Assembly: GCA_036676985.1 (NCBI GenBank)
Contig: JAKFBU010000077.1
Coordinates: forward strand, 1-64,000
Direction of reading: 5' to 3'
DNA: 64,000 bases
DNA from: Candidatus Sericytochromatia bacterium
GTDB lineage: Bacteria > Cyanobacteriota > Sericytochromatia > S15B-MN24 > UBA4093
Part shown: positions 15,971 through 25,924 of the stretch, one piece after another
How the letters are laid out: each line of letters opens with the position of its first letter
How positions within the stretch are numbered: the first letter of the stretch is position 1
The notes under the pieces: generated by a model
The model's database searches: none
What the model was told of the DNA's origin: nothing
The model's input: only the letters and a program-made list of their open reading frames with translations
Position numbers and translations under genes: made by a program

Positions 15971-17983
15971 TTATGGGGCTTTGGGCGCCTCGAGTGTCGC
16001 CAACGCCACCACGCGGTTGAGGGTCCGTTCCGATGCCGCCTGGGCGGTCTTGAAGAAGGCGATCGCCTCCAGCAAATCCTCCGCCTGGGTCTGCAGGCTC
16101 GCCGCCGACTGGGCGATGAGCGAGGTGCCCTGCACGGCCTCCTGGGCCGAGCGGTTGATATTCTCGATGGCCGAGACGACCTGCTGGCTGCCGAGCCGCT
16201 GATCCGCCGTCACCGCGTTGACCTCCACGGTCATCGCGCTCATCTGGTCCACCGCACGGACGATCTGCTCCGAGCCCTTGGCCTGCTCGCGGGCGGCGTT
16301 CGCCACCTCGAGGGTCATGGAGCTCATGCGCTCCACCGCGTTGATGATGAGGTCCGCCGTCCGAGCCTGCTCCTGGGTCGCCAGCGCGATGCGGGCCATC
16401 AGGCTGCTGGCGTCGCCCACCGAGCTCACGATGGCCTCCAGGGCCTGGCCCGCGCCCGCCGCCAGGTTGCTTCCCTGCTGGATGGCCTCGTTGCCTTGCT
16501 TGGTGAAGACGACGGCCTGGTTCGTCTCCTGCTGGATGCCCTTGATGAGCACCGCAATCTCCGCGGTCGCCTTGGACGAGCGCTCGGCGAGCTTGCGGAC
16601 CTCGTCGGCGACCACCGCGAAGCCGCGGCCCGCCTCACCGGCGCGCGCCGCCTCGATGGCCGCATTGAGCGCCAGCAGGTTGGTCTGGGCCGAGATGTCG
16701 TCGATGACCTCGATGATGGCCCCGATCTCACCCGAGCTCTTGCCCAGGTTCTGGATGACCTGCACCACCTCGCCCATGGTCTGGTTGATCCGCTGCATGC
16801 CGTCGATGGTCTGGCGCACGGCGTTCCGGCCGTCCTGGGCGGTGGCGGCTGCAAGCTCCGCCGCGCGGTTCGCCTCCTCGACGTTGTGGGCCACCTGCTT
16901 GATGGTGGCCGCCATCTCCTCGATGGAGGCCGAGGTCTCGCCCACGGCCGACGACAGCGTGTCCGAGTTGTTCGCCACCATCTGGATGCTCGCCGTCATC
17001 TCCTCGATGGAGCTCGAGCTGTCCTCGACGCTGCGGGCGAGCGCCTGTGTGCTGGACGACACCTGCTCGATGCCGGAGGCCATCCGATCCATGGAGGCGC
17101 TGGTGGTGCCGACGGCCTCGGCCTGCGTCTGGGACGAACGGGCCATCAGCTCGGCGTTGGCCCGGATCTCCTCCACGCCCGACTCGACCGTGTTCGCCGC
17201 GGTGCGGACCCGCGTCACGACGTTGCGGAGGCTGTCGATCATCCGGCGCAGGCTCGAGGCCATGCGCCCCATCTCGTCCTCGCCCTGGACATCCAGGCTT
17301 TGCTCGAGATTGCCAGCGGCAATCGCCTCGGCCACCTCCGCCACCTTGCGCAGCGGGTTGGTGATGGTCCGCATGAGGATGACGCGCATGACGAAGAGCA
17401 GGGCCGCCAGGAGGACCAGCGTGAAGAGCATGTTCCGCAGGCTCTGGCTGAAGACGATGGCGTCGTTCTGCTTCAGCGTGGTCTTCATCTCGACGAAGCC
17501 GCGGATGTCGCCTGACTGGACGCCCGGGTGGCACGTCACGCAGGTGTTGTCCGCCTTGATGGGGTAGTAGGAGGTGAAGAAGCGCTCGCCTTTCTCCTTG
17601 CTCATCACGGTCTGGGGCTCGGTCTGCTTGAGGACCTCGAGCACTTTGGGATCCGTCGCCATCACCCGCCGCTTGGCGGGGTCGGAGGTGAACGTGGCTT
17701 GACCGTCGGTACGGTAGACCGTCAGCTCCTTGACCGTGTCGTTGGTCATGCGCTCGAGGGTCGTCTGCACCAGTTGCGCGTTGCCCGTGGGCATGAGGTT
17801 CTGGATGAGCGTGGCCTGGCTCGGCCCCAGGATGTGCTTCGCGTTGTAGCTGGCCAGGTCGTCGAGGGAGCGGCCGAGGAGGATCCCGCTGAAGAGGTTG
17901 GAGACCAGCATGGTCGCCAAGAGGCTGATGCCCAGGAACCCCAGGGTCTTGGCCTGGATGGACGTACGGAACAACTTGAGCAC
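15971..17983 (-). CDS. Methyl-accepting chemotaxis protein with a periplasmic c-type haem sensor
   Basis: Two TM segments, a HAMP domain and [37 protein letters not shown]; periplasmic CVTCH; GTG start after GGGAGG. Confidence 0.93.
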   Translation of the reverse strand: MLKLFRTSIQAKTLGFLGISLLATMLVSNLFSGILLGRSLDDLASYNAKHILGPSQATLIQNLMPTGNAQLVQTTLERMTNDTVKELTVYRTDGQATFTSDPAKRRVMATDPKVLEVLKQTEPQTVMSKEKGERFFTSYYPIKADNTCVTCHPGVQSGDIRGFVEMKTTLKQNDAIVFSQSLRNMLFTLVLLAALLFVMRVILMRTITNPLRKVAEVAEAIAAGNLEQSLDVQGEDEMGRMASSLRRMIDSLRNVVTRVRTAANTVESGVEEIRANAELMARSSQTQAEAVGTTSASMDRMASGIEQVSSSTQALARSVEDSSSSIEEMTASIQMVANNSDTLSSAVGETSASIEEMAATIKQVAHNVEEANRAAELAAATAQDGRNAVRQTIDGMQRINQTMGEVVQVIQNLGKSSGEIGAIIEVIDDISAQTNLLALNAAIEAARAGEAGRGFAVVADEVRKLAERSSKATAEIAVLIKGIQQETNQAVVFTKQGNEAIQQGSNLAAGAGQALEAIVSSVGDASSLMARIALATQEQARTADLIINAVERMSSMTLEVANAAREQAKGSEQIVRAVDQMSAMTVEVNAVTADQRLGSQQVVSAIENINRSAQEAVQGTSLIAQSAASLQTQAEDLLEAIAFFKTAQAASERTLNRVVALATLEAPKAP

Positions 17984-18063
17984 CGCTGGAACCTCCCTAC
18001 CGAAAGCGTTGCATTTCCAAGGACATAGGCGCACGAGGTCCGCGCGGCGGGCGCCCCGCAGTC

Positions 18064-18108
18064 ACTTTAGCAATCAGGCGATAAGCGGACAAACCGTAGC
18101 TTCTACGG
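18064..18108 (-). promoter_or_regulatory. Palindromic activator site plus -10 box of the MCP gene
   Basis: CCGTAG-ctt-CTACGG (18094-18108); 24 nt downstream on the minus strand lies TAAAGT. Confidence 0.6.
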
Positions 18109-18169
18109 ATTAGTCTTTTCTCAGAGTGCCGCCAATGGCCCGTTTAAGACCCCCGAACGACGGGAAAAA

Positions 18170-18195
18170 GATAATTAGATAATTATCTAACTATC
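18170..18195. promoter_or_regulatory. ArsR/SdpR operator
   Basis: Near-perfect 26-bp palindrome GATAATTAGATAATTATCTAACTATC directly before the ArsR gene. Confidence 0.8.
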
Positions 18196-18212
18196 GAAGA
18201 GAGGGGGTACCC

Positions 18213-18524
18213 ATGTCGCTGTCGCTGGTCTTCAAGGCCTTGGCCGATCCGACTCGTCGCCAGATTCTCAGCCGCCTCAAGGCCGGCCCCCTGAGTGCGG
18301 GGGAGATTGCCGACGGATGCGACATGACCAAGCCCTCGGTCTCTCACCACCTCACGCTGCTCAAGTCGGCCGGACTGGTGGATTGCCTGAAGAATGGGCA
18401 GTTCGTGATCTACTCGCTCAACCTGTCGGTCTTCGAGGAAGTAGCGAGCGCCATGTTCGATCTGTTCACCATGCAGGAGGAGTCGTCCCCCGTGACGCGG
18501 AAAGGAGCCGTCCATGAAGCTTGA
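18213..18524 (+). CDS. ArsR family repressor (SdpR-like)
   Basis: VFKALADPTRRQIL, TKPSVSHHL and GQFVIYSLNLSVFEE. Confidence 0.9.
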   Translation: MSLSLVFKALADPTRRQILSRLKAGPLSAGEIADGCDMTKPSVSHHLTLLKSAGLVDCLKNGQFVIYSLNLSVFEEVASAMFDLFTMQEESSPVTRKGAVHEA

Positions 18525-19194
18525 GTTGTACCAGTTGAAGGGGCCGATCCTCATCGTCCTGCTCAACGTGGTGATCGGAGCGGGCTTCCTGGTCATCGGC
18601 AGCCTGCCGGAGGTCGTGCCCCTCTCGTGGTGGCAGGGTGAGCCTCTGGTCCTCGGCTCCCGGTGGGCCCTCGTAGGACGCGTGCCCGCCGTGATGCTCG
18701 CGCTGCTCGCGGCGATCGCCGTGGGACTCCGCTGGGACCGCACGCTGACCGGGCGCCGCCGCACCGGTGCGCTTGGGCCCATCCTGGTCCTCATGTTCTC
18801 GGTGATGACCTACGGTCACCTGCGCCTGCTCTTCCTGGCGGCCTCGGGGGCGACCCACGCGCTGCCCGCCCCCGCGGACGTGGCCGTGGTGGGCCTCGCC
18901 CTCGCGGGCCTCGGGAACCACCTCGCCAAGACCCAGTCGAATGGCTTCTACGCCTTCACCTTCCCGTGGCTCAGGGGGCACGAGGGCGCCTACCTCCGGA
19001 CCCAGCGGACGGCTGCATGGCTGTTCGTGGCCGTCGGCGCCGCCTTCATGCTCGGATCGCCCGTGCTCGTCACATTGCCCGCCGCCTACCTCATGGCCCT
19101 CGCGCCCGGGGCCGTCGTTCTCATTACCCTGTGCGTCACCGTCGCGTCCTGGGCCTTTTCCAGGGATGAGGCGGCGGCCGGGCGCTCCGTCTAG
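18514..19194 (+). CDS. SdpI/YhfL-like membrane immunity protein
   Basis: About 6 TM segments; LGNHLAKTQSNGFYAFTFPW resembles the SdpI signature; overlaps the ArsR gene. Confidence 0.65.
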   Translation: MKLELYQLKGPILIVLLNVVIGAGFLVIGSLPEVVPLSWWQGEPLVLGSRWALVGRVPAVMLALLAAIAVGLRWDRTLTGRRRTGALGPILVLMFSVMTYGHLRLLFLAASGATHALPAPADVAVVGLALAGLGNHLAKTQSNGFYAFTFPWLRGHEGAYLRTQRTAAWLFVAVGAAFMLGSPVLVTLPAAYLMALAPGAVVLITLCVTVASWAFSRDEAAAGRSV

Positions 19195-19203
19195 GAGGTT
19201 CCC

Positions 19204-19446
19204 GTGGAAGTCATCATCCTCGCGATCGCCATCCCGCTCGTGTTCCTCGGGCTCCTCGTCACGGACAGGCTCGGCTGGACCGCCGTGTACAAGAAGCGCG
19301 AGGCCGGCTCCTCCGCCCTCGGGATCGGCATGCTGAGCCTCGAGCACACCTTCGCCGAGGAAAAGCGGCGGGCCGCCATCGAGTATCGGCTGGACGAGAA
19401 GCGTTCGAACCACCAGCAGCAGGCCGGTGACGACAAGGCGGACTAG
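19204..19446 (+). CDS. Small membrane-anchored hypothetical protein
   Basis: AGGAGG plus GTG start; N-terminal TM segment. Confidence 0.7.
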   Translation: MEVIILAIAIPLVFLGLLVTDRLGWTAVYKKREAGSSALGIGMLSLEHTFAEEKRRAAIEYRLDEKRSNHQQQAGDDKAD

Positions 19447-19572
19447 CAGAACGTCGGACCAGTCGACGCGCGTGTCGTCTGATCCGGTGCCCGAGCGGCC
19501 TGAGACCCGGCTACGAGGAAGCGTCCGAATCTTGTATGATGGTCGCGGAGCCACTTTGGAGGCATCGCGCGC

Positions 19573-19989
19573 ATGACCCTCGAGTCCCTCGTCCTGAGGA
19601 GCGTCCTCGGGATCCTGGCCATCTACCACCTGGGGATCGGGATCGTCTCGGTCCTCTCGCCCGCGTGGACGGCCAAGGTCTCCAAGGGCCTGTACGCCAT
19701 CTCCCTCGAGGGGACGCCGCAGTTCGGCTATGCCCTCAAGATGCTGGGCCTCTACGCCCTGACCATCGGGTTCCTGCTCGTGCTCGCCACCTGGCGCCCC
19801 GAGGAGCACCGGGCCATCATCGTGGGCATCATCCTCTTGCAGAGCCTGCGCGCCATCTTCCGGCTGTTCTTCAACCCGGTGGTCACCGGCGCCTTCGCGG
19901 TGCGCACCTCGCGTAATGTCCTCAACGCCTCGCTCCTCATCGCCGAGGTCGTGGCGCTCGTTGTTTGCTTTCCGCGAGGCCCCCTCTAG
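19573..19989 (+). CDS. Four-TM hypothetical membrane protein
   Basis: GGAGG RBS; four hydrophobic helices; its stop abuts the MMPL start (TAGATG). Confidence 0.8.
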   Translation: MTLESLVLRSVLGILAIYHLGIGIVSVLSPAWTAKVSKGLYAISLEGTPQFGYALKMLGLYALTIGFLLVLATWRPEEHRAIIVGIILLQSLRAIFRLFFNPVVTGAFAVRTSRNVLNASLLIAEVVALVVCFPRGPL

Positions 19990-22227
19990 ATGGCCGATCC
20001 GCATTTCAGTGGCCTCGGCATCGGGGCGCTCGGGCGGTGGGCCGTGCGCTTCCGCTGGTGGGTGGTGGCCTTCTGGCTGGTACTTGCCGTTGCGGCGGCC
20101 GTGCTCTCCTCGAGCCTGCCCCGGCTGCTGCGGGGCGAGGTCGGTAGCGTCCCGGGCTCGGTCTCCGAGCAGGTCATGCGGTCCCTGTCCGAGGACTTCG
20201 CCTTTCCCTACGCGCACTTTCTGGTCGTCACGCTGGACGGGTCCAGGGCCCGCGTCGGCGAGCTGGAGAAGACGTCCGAGCGCCTCCAGGAAACGCTTCG
20301 CCATGCGCCCGACGTGCGGGACGTCATGCTCCTGCCCTCGCAGGACGATCGGAAGCAGGCCTTGGCCGTCGGCCTGACGGCCGCCAACCTCCAGCAAGAG
20401 GAGCGGGCGGTCCCGGTCATCCGGCGCCTGGTCGCGGAGACCGTGCCCGCTGAATCGGGCCTCGAGGCCCGGACGACGGGCCATGCGGCCCTCAACACGG
20501 ACATGGTCGAGCTCGGCTCGAAGCAGACGGCCACGAGCGAGCAACTGGTCATGCCCTTCGTGCTCCTGGCGCTCCTGCTCGCCTTCGGAGCCCTGGGAGC
20601 CGCCCTGTCGCCCCTGGTGACGGGGGCTGCGGCCGTGCTCCTCGCCATGGGCCTCTTGACCCTTATCGCCCGGTCCATGCACCTGTCGGTCTACGCCTCG
20701 AACGTCGCCACCATGCTGGGCCTGGGGCTCGGCATCGACTACTCGCTCTTCATGGTGGGACGCATCCGCGAGGAGGCCCGCCAGGGAGCCGAGCCCGTGG
20801 AGGCCGTGCGGCGGGCCATCACCCACGCCGCACCCGCCATCCTGGTCTCGGTGGGCACGGTGCTCATCGGGATGGCCGCCATGGCCACGGTCCAGGTCCC
20901 CGAGACGTTCGGCATGGGCGTGGGCGGCGCGGTGGTGGCTGTGGCGTCCATGCTCGCGAGCGTGACGCTCTTGCCCGCCCTGGCCGCCATCCTCGGGCCC
21001 TGGCTGGACGCGCCGCGCGCCATCTCGCGTCGACTGACGGGCGAGGGCCAGCGGCGCTGGTGGGAGGAGCGCGCCCGCTGGGTGGTCCGCCACCCTCGCG
21101 CGAGCCTCGTCGTCTCTGTCCTGTTCCTCGTCGCCCTCTCGGTGCCCCTCAGGGGCTTCCAGTTCGGGTTCCCGGACCCGTCCTTCGCGCCGCGCAGCCT
21201 GGAGTCGGTGCAGGGGCTGCGGCAGATCCAGCAGATGGGGATGGGCGGGGCGCTCGTGCCCGTGCAGATCCTGGTCTCGACCCCGCACGATGAGCCCGTG
21301 CTCGCGCCGAGCCGACTTGCGGCACTCTCGAAGATCGCCAAGGAGCTGGAGGCTCACCCGAACGTGGCCCAGGTCTTGTCCATCGCCAACACGGGCGACA
21401 AGCTGCTGCCGCTCATCACGGGGTTGGCCTTCTTCGGGTCGGAGGGTACGCTGGACCTCCTGCCCAAGGAGGCCCGTTGGTTCGTGAGCAAGGACGGGCG
21501 CTCGACCCTGATCCAGGTGGTGCCCAAGAGCGAGCTGCGCTATGGAGCGGTGCGCGAGCTGGCGCGCGAGCTGCGCGGCAAGACATGGACGGAGCTGCCC
21601 GGGCTCGAGGATGCGACCATCCGGATCGGCGGTCCTGCGGCCGTCGAGGTGGACTTCATCGACCTCTCGGCTGCTTCGTTGCCGCGCCTCGCGCTGTTCA
21701 TCGCGATCGCCACCCTCCTGATGCTGTTCTGGATGACGCGGTCCTACCTCATCCCGGTGAAGGCGGTGCTCACCAACGGCCTGACGGTTTGCGCGGCCAT
21801 GGGGGCGACGCTCTTCTTCGCCCAGTCCCCGGCCTTCGCGCCCTGGATCGGCCTCGCCGAGCCCGTGACGAGCGTGCCCGCCGTCTACCCCATCATGGTC
21901 TTCTGTCTGCTCTTCGGGCTGTCGATGGACTACGAGGTCATCCTCATGAGCCGCATCGCGGAGGCCCACCACGACGGCAAGAGCGACGCCGAGGCGGTGG
22001 TCGCGGGCCTCGGCACGAGTGGCGGAGTCATCACCAGCGCGGCCGTCATCATGGCCATCGTCTTCCTGGGCTTCGCGTTCACGGAGCTCATCCCGGTCAA
22101 GCTGCTCGGCATGGCGCTCGCCATCGGGGTGATCCTCGATGCGACGGTGACGCGCCTGTTCCTCATCCCGGCGGCCATGGTATTGCTGGGCAAGTGGAAC
22201 TGGGTGCCGGGTTCCAAGCGTTCCTAG
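19990..22227 (+). CDS. MMPL family RND transporter
   Basis: LGLGLGIDYSLF, LFGLSMDYEV and GVILDAT; duplicated architecture of about 12 TM segments. Confidence 0.93.
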   Translation: MADPHFSGLGIGALGRWAVRFRWWVVAFWLVLAVAAAVLSSSLPRLLRGEVGSVPGSVSEQVMRSLSEDFAFPYAHFLVVTLDGSRARVGELEKTSERLQETLRHAPDVRDVMLLPSQDDRKQALAVGLTAANLQQEERAVPVIRRLVAETVPAESGLEARTTGHAALNTDMVELGSKQTATSEQLVMPFVLLALLLAFGALGAALSPLVTGAAAVLLAMGLLTLIARSMHLSVYASNVATMLGLGLGIDYSLFMVGRIREEARQGAEPVEAVRRAITHAAPAILVSVGTVLIGMAAMATVQVPETFGMGVGGAVVAVASMLASVTLLPALAAILGPWLDAPRAISRRLTGEGQRRWWEERARWVVRHPRASLVVSVLFLVALSVPLRGFQFGFPDPSFAPRSLESVQGLRQIQQMGMGGALVPVQILVSTPHDEPVLAPSRLAALSKIAKELEAHPNVAQVLSIANTGDKLLPLITGLAFFGSEGTLDLLPKEARWFVSKDGRSTLIQVVPKSELRYGAVRELARELRGKTWTELPGLEDATIRIGGPAAVEVDFIDLSAASLPRLALFIAIATLLMLFWMTRSYLIPVKAVLTNGLTVCAAMGATLFFAQSPAFAPWIGLAEPVTSVPAVYPIMVFCLLFGLSMDYEVILMSRIAEAHHDGKSDAEAVVAGLGTSGGVITSAAVIMAIVFLGFAFTELIPVKLLGMALAIGVILDATVTRLFLIPAAMVLLGKWNWVPGSKRS

Positions 22228-22251
22228 CCTCTACGCGAAAGGAGATACGAC

Positions 22252-22632
22252 ATGCAAGCCACCACCACCATCACGGGTCTCGACTTCATCCTCCTGCCCA
22301 CGCAGGACGTGAAGCGGGCCGAGAAGTTCTACACCGAGGTCCTCGGCATGGAGGTCGAGGCCCACTGGCGCGACGTCGGCGTCGAGTTCAAGCTCGGTCA
22401 CGACCAGACGCTGGCGCTGGTCGACCCCGCCATCATGGGCGACGAGTTCTCGGCGGCGACGACCGGGATCGTCGCCCTGCGCGTCGCCGATGTCGACGCG
22501 GCGGTCGCGGCCCTGAAGGCCAAGGGCATCGAGTTCCAGGGTGAGCTCATCGACAGCGGCGTCTGCAAGATGATGAACTTCTGCGATCCCGACGGCAACC
22601 GCCTGATGCTCCACAACCGCTACGCGGAGTAA
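22252..22632 (+). CDS. VOC/glyoxalase family protein
   Basis: AEKFYTEVLG, VADVDAAVAALKAKG and FCDPDGNRL. Confidence 0.9.
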   Translation: MQATTTITGLDFILLPTQDVKRAEKFYTEVLGMEVEAHWRDVGVEFKLGHDQTLALVDPAIMGDEFSAATTGIVALRVADVDAAVAALKAKGIEFQGELIDSGVCKMMNFCDPDGNRLMLHNRYAE

Positions 22633-22645
22633 CGAGTACCCGGAT

Positions 22646-23977
22646 TTAAGGAACCTTGGTCCGTACGGGGGCGCGTCTTACCAGGCGCGCCCTCACGCTC
22701 TTCTTCGGCCGCATGGTGACCGCCGCGCTCAGCTCCAGCGGGGCGCCCGAGACCAGCTCCACCCGGAACCGCTGGATCATGGTGACCAAGGCCAGGACCG
22801 TCTCCACGAGGGCGAAGTGGTTGCCGATGCAGAGCCGCTGCCCGCCCCCGAAGGGGAAGTAGGCGAAGCGCGGCAGCGATCGCTCGAACTCCTCGGTCCA
22901 GCGCTCCGGCCGGAAGTCCTCCGGGGCCTCGAAGAAGCGGCGATCGCGATGGACCACCCACTGCGGCAGCACGACGAGCGATCCAGCGGGGATCCGGTAG
23001 CCCCGCAACTCGTCGTCCTCCAGGGGCTCGCGCACCATGGCATAGACCGGCGGATATAGCCGCAGGGACTCGGTGATGACCTTGCCCGCGTAGCTCAGGG
23101 CATGCAGGTCCTCGTAGGTGGCGGGACGATCGCCCAGCACCCGATCGACCTCCTCGATGAGCCGCGCCTCGACCTCCGGGTGCTTGGCCAGCAGGTACCA
23201 GGTGTAGGTGAGGTTGAGGGCCGTCGTCTCGTGACCCGCCAGGAAGAGTGACAGGACCTCGTCCTGCAGGAGCTGCTCGCTCATCCCGCCCTCCTCGTCC
23301 TTCGATGCCAGGAGCGTGGAGAGCAGGCCCTCGGGTGGCTTGCGGGTGAGCGAGGCGATGTGGCCCTTGAGGTAGCCGATGGCCTGCCGGAAGCGGACCA
23401 TGCTCGGCAAGGGCAGCCACTCGGGAAGGCGGACGGGCGATCGCAAGAGCCGCTCGTACTCGACGGACAGCACCGAGAACGTCTCCTCCAGGCGCTGCAT
23501 GTCGTGGCCCTCGGACCCGATGAGCGTCTCCAGGAAGATCCGCAAGGTAAGGCGCATCATCTCCCGGTCCAGGCACACGGTCGCGCCGTCCTGCCACGAG
23601 TCGACCATGCGGCGGGTGACGTCCACCATCGCCGGGGCGTGCTCGGCCATCTTCGCCCGGTGAAAGGCCGGCTGGACCAGGCGCCTTTGGCGCTGCCACA
23701 CGGCCCCCTCACTCAGGAGCAGGCCGTTACCGAACGGGCTGTCGGCCCGCTGCTTCCGGAAGCCCTTCACGTATTGCTTGCCGCGCGTGAGCAACACCTG
23801 CTCGATGTCGTCCGGGTGCCCGAGGAGGTAGGCGTCCAGGCCCAGCACCCGAGAGTGGACGATGTCGCCGTATTGCCGCAGGCTCTCGGACATGTAGCCG
23901 AGGGGATCGCGGGCGTACTGCAGCGTGTTGCCGAAGAGGGGCAGGCCCATGGGGCCGGGCGGTCGCTGGAAGGTCAT
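22646..23977 (-). CDS. Cytochrome P450
   Basis: PPGP, LFLAGHETT, ESLRLYPP, FRPERW and FPFGGGQRLCIG. Confidence 0.95.
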   Translation of the reverse strand: MTFQRPPGPMGLPLFGNTLQYARDPLGYMSESLRQYGDIVHSRVLGLDAYLLGHPDDIEQVLLTRGKQYVKGFRKQRADSPFGNGLLLSEGAVWQRQRRLVQPAFHRAKMAEHAPAMVDVTRRMVDSWQDGATVCLDREMMRLTLRIFLETLIGSEGHDMQRLEETFSVLSVEYERLLRSPVRLPEWLPLPSMVRFRQAIGYLKGHIASLTRKPPEGLLSTLLASKDEEGGMSEQLLQDEVLSLFLAGHETTALNLTYTWYLLAKHPEVEARLIEEVDRVLGDRPATYEDLHALSYAGKVITESLRLYPPVYAMVREPLEDDELRGYRIPAGSLVVLPQWVVHRDRRFFEAPEDFRPERWTEEFERSLPRFAYFPFGGGQRLCIGNHFALVETVLALVTMIQRFRVELVSGAPLELSAAVTMRPKKSVRARLVRRAPVRTKVP

Positions 23978-24065
23978 GATGGCAGTATAACACCGGTCCT
24001 GGCTTGTATTGGGCCCCGACGCGTGCCACAATGAGCGGACGGCGGAATGGTACAGGGACGAGGGC

Positions 24066-25031
24066 ATGGATCAGGCGGAATACCAGCGGATCGTCAAGGA
24101 CTTCCAGCATCTCAAGACGAGCAACTGGCGTGCTGCCGGGGTGGTGGCCTACGTCGGCGCCATCACGGCGACGGCCCTGGCGCTCTCCACGTCCGCCAAC
24201 GGCTGGGTGTGGCTCGGCGGTCAGGTGCTCCTGGGCTTCGCCATCATGCAGTGGTTCGTCCTGTTGCACGACTGCGGCCACCGGCACTTCTTCTCGGTCC
24301 CCTTCCTGAACAACCTCGTGGGGACCGTGGCCTCGTTCTTCGCGGTGCTGCCCTTCTTCCCCTGGCGCTCCATCCACTCCAAGCACCATGTCTGGACGGG
24401 CTGGCACGACATCGATCCGACCATCCTCGCCACCATCCCGCGCGAGTTGCCGATGGCGCAGCGCCTGGTGGTGGACTTCTGCTGGCGCTTCTGGGTGCCG
24501 CTCTTCACGCTGGCCTTCGGCCTGCAGAACTTCTGGAACCTGCCCCGTCTCAAGGGCTACTTTCCCAAGCGATCCGAGCGCCTGGAGCACGCCTTCAGCG
24601 TCTTCGTCCTGATCGGGGCCTACGCGTTCCTGGGCTACTGGATGGGCTGGGAGGCGCTGCGGCTCTTCGGGCTGGGCTACCTCGTCTTCCTGGTGCTCTC
24701 GGACCCGCTCCTCTTGAGCCAGCACTCGCACCTGCCGATGGAGCTCAGTCACGGCGAGAAGGTGACGCCGCACAAGCTCTGGGAGCAGGATGCCTACACG
24801 CGCAGCATCGTCTTCCCGCGGTGGATCTCCAAGTACGTGCTCCTGCACTTCGATGTGCACATCACGCACCACCTGCTGCCGACCACGCCCTGCTACCACC
24901 TGGGCGTGCTGCACGAGAACCTGCGCACGGTGAACCAGATGGATGCCTGGAAGTGGCTCAGGATCGCCAAGCGGACGCCCGGCCACCAGCTCCTGTTCCA
25001 GAATCGAGCGATGACCGGGATCGAGATGTAA
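24066..25031 (+). CDS. Membrane fatty-acid desaturase family protein
   Basis: His boxes HDCGH, HSKHH and HITHH; TM segments. Confidence 0.9.
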   Translation: MDQAEYQRIVKDFQHLKTSNWRAAGVVAYVGAITATALALSTSANGWVWLGGQVLLGFAIMQWFVLLHDCGHRHFFSVPFLNNLVGTVASFFAVLPFFPWRSIHSKHHVWTGWHDIDPTILATIPRELPMAQRLVVDFCWRFWVPLFTLAFGLQNFWNLPRLKGYFPKRSERLEHAFSVFVLIGAYAFLGYWMGWEALRLFGLGYLVFLVLSDPLLLSQHSHLPMELSHGEKVTPHKLWEQDAYTRSIVFPRWISKYVLLHFDVHITHHLLPTTPCYHLGVLHENLRTVNQMDAWKWLRIAKRTPGHQLLFQNRAMTGIEM

Positions 25032-25174
25032 GGCGGCATCCGTACGGCCCTGCTTTGGACCCCCGCTTTCGCGAGGGTGACGGGAGTGCCGACTAGCCGC
25101 ACAAGCCGGCTCTCTTCCAGGACTTGAATGACCGCTCCCGTCATTCCCGCAAAAGCGGGAATCCACCGTCGCCC
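25032..25174. repeat. REP-like palindromic element pair (GTCATTCCCGC...GCGGGAATCCA family)
   Basis: Units TGGACCCCCGCTTTCGCGAGGGTGAC (25056-25081) and GTCATTCCCGCAAAAGCGGGAATCCA (25140-25165); homologous to 31441-31538. Confidence 0.85.
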
Positions 25175-25234
25175 AGCACAGCGGCGTCCGAGGAGCGAGC
25201 CATGCTGCATATCCTCGCCCTCACAGAAGAATGA

Positions 25235-25268
25235 CGAGGCGCCGTCGCCCACCGGCGACGGCGCCTCG
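25235..25268. terminator. Hairpin downstream of ppa
   Basis: 15-bp perfect stem CGAGGCGCCGTCGCC / GGCGACGGCGCCTCG. Confidence 0.7.
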
Positions 25269-25290
25269 ATTGACGGTGTAATCGCTCCGA

Positions 25291-25818
25291 TTACTTCAGG
25301 GCGTTCGCCTTGTAGTTCTCGTGGCACTTGACCAGGTAGTTCTTGGCCTCGGTCTCGTCAGCCCAGCCCTTGATCGAGGGATACAGGCCGTCGAGCTCCT
25401 TGTACACCCCGAAGAAGTGCTCGATCTCGAGCAACAAGTGCTTGGTGATGTCCGAGAGCTTCGTCACGTCCGCATAGCGGCGATCGCCCGCAGGCACGGC
25501 CAGGATCTTGAAGTCCTCGCCCTTCTCGTCCTCCATCCGGAGCATGCCCACCGGGCGCACGTCGATGATGCAGCCGGGGAACGTGTGCTCCTCCATGGGC
25601 ACCAGGATGTCGGCCGGGTCGCCGTCGCCGGCGAGCGTCTGCGAGCAGAAGCCGTACTCCGCCACGTAGTGCAGCGGGCTCGAGAGCACGCGATCCAGCT
25701 TGAACGCGTGGTTCTCGGCGTCGTATTCGTACTTGTTGCGGCTGTCCTTGGGAATCTCGACGACCATGGGAAACGTTTCGGGGAAGCGATCGCCGAGCGG
25801 ATACTGGTAGAGGTTCAT
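25291..25818 (-). CDS. ppa: Family I inorganic pyrophosphatase
   Basis: VVEIPK.SRNKYEYD, LDRVL, YGF, DGDPAD and DEKGEDFKILAV. Confidence 0.95.
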   Translation of the reverse strand: MNLYQYPLGDRFPETFPMVVEIPKDSRNKYEYDAENHAFKLDRVLSSPLHYVAEYGFCSQTLAGDGDPADILVPMEEHTFPGCIIDVRPVGMLRMEDEKGEDFKILAVPAGDRRYADVTKLSDITKHLLLEIEHFFGVYKELDGLYPSIKGWADETEAKNYLVKCHENYKANALK

Positions 25819-25924
25819 GGGGTCTCCAGGTGAGCGGTAGGATGCTATGGGAATCCTACCGCTCAAGCCTGGAGTCTGCAATCCGACGAGAGGCTTGTCG
25901 CATCGTCGGCATGCCGCTTTGCGC

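Noticed and set aside
24893-25327. Short ORFs containing WIPAFAGMT / MDSRFCGND / TLAKAGV peptides
   Set aside because: These are translations of the REP-like palindromes, not genes.
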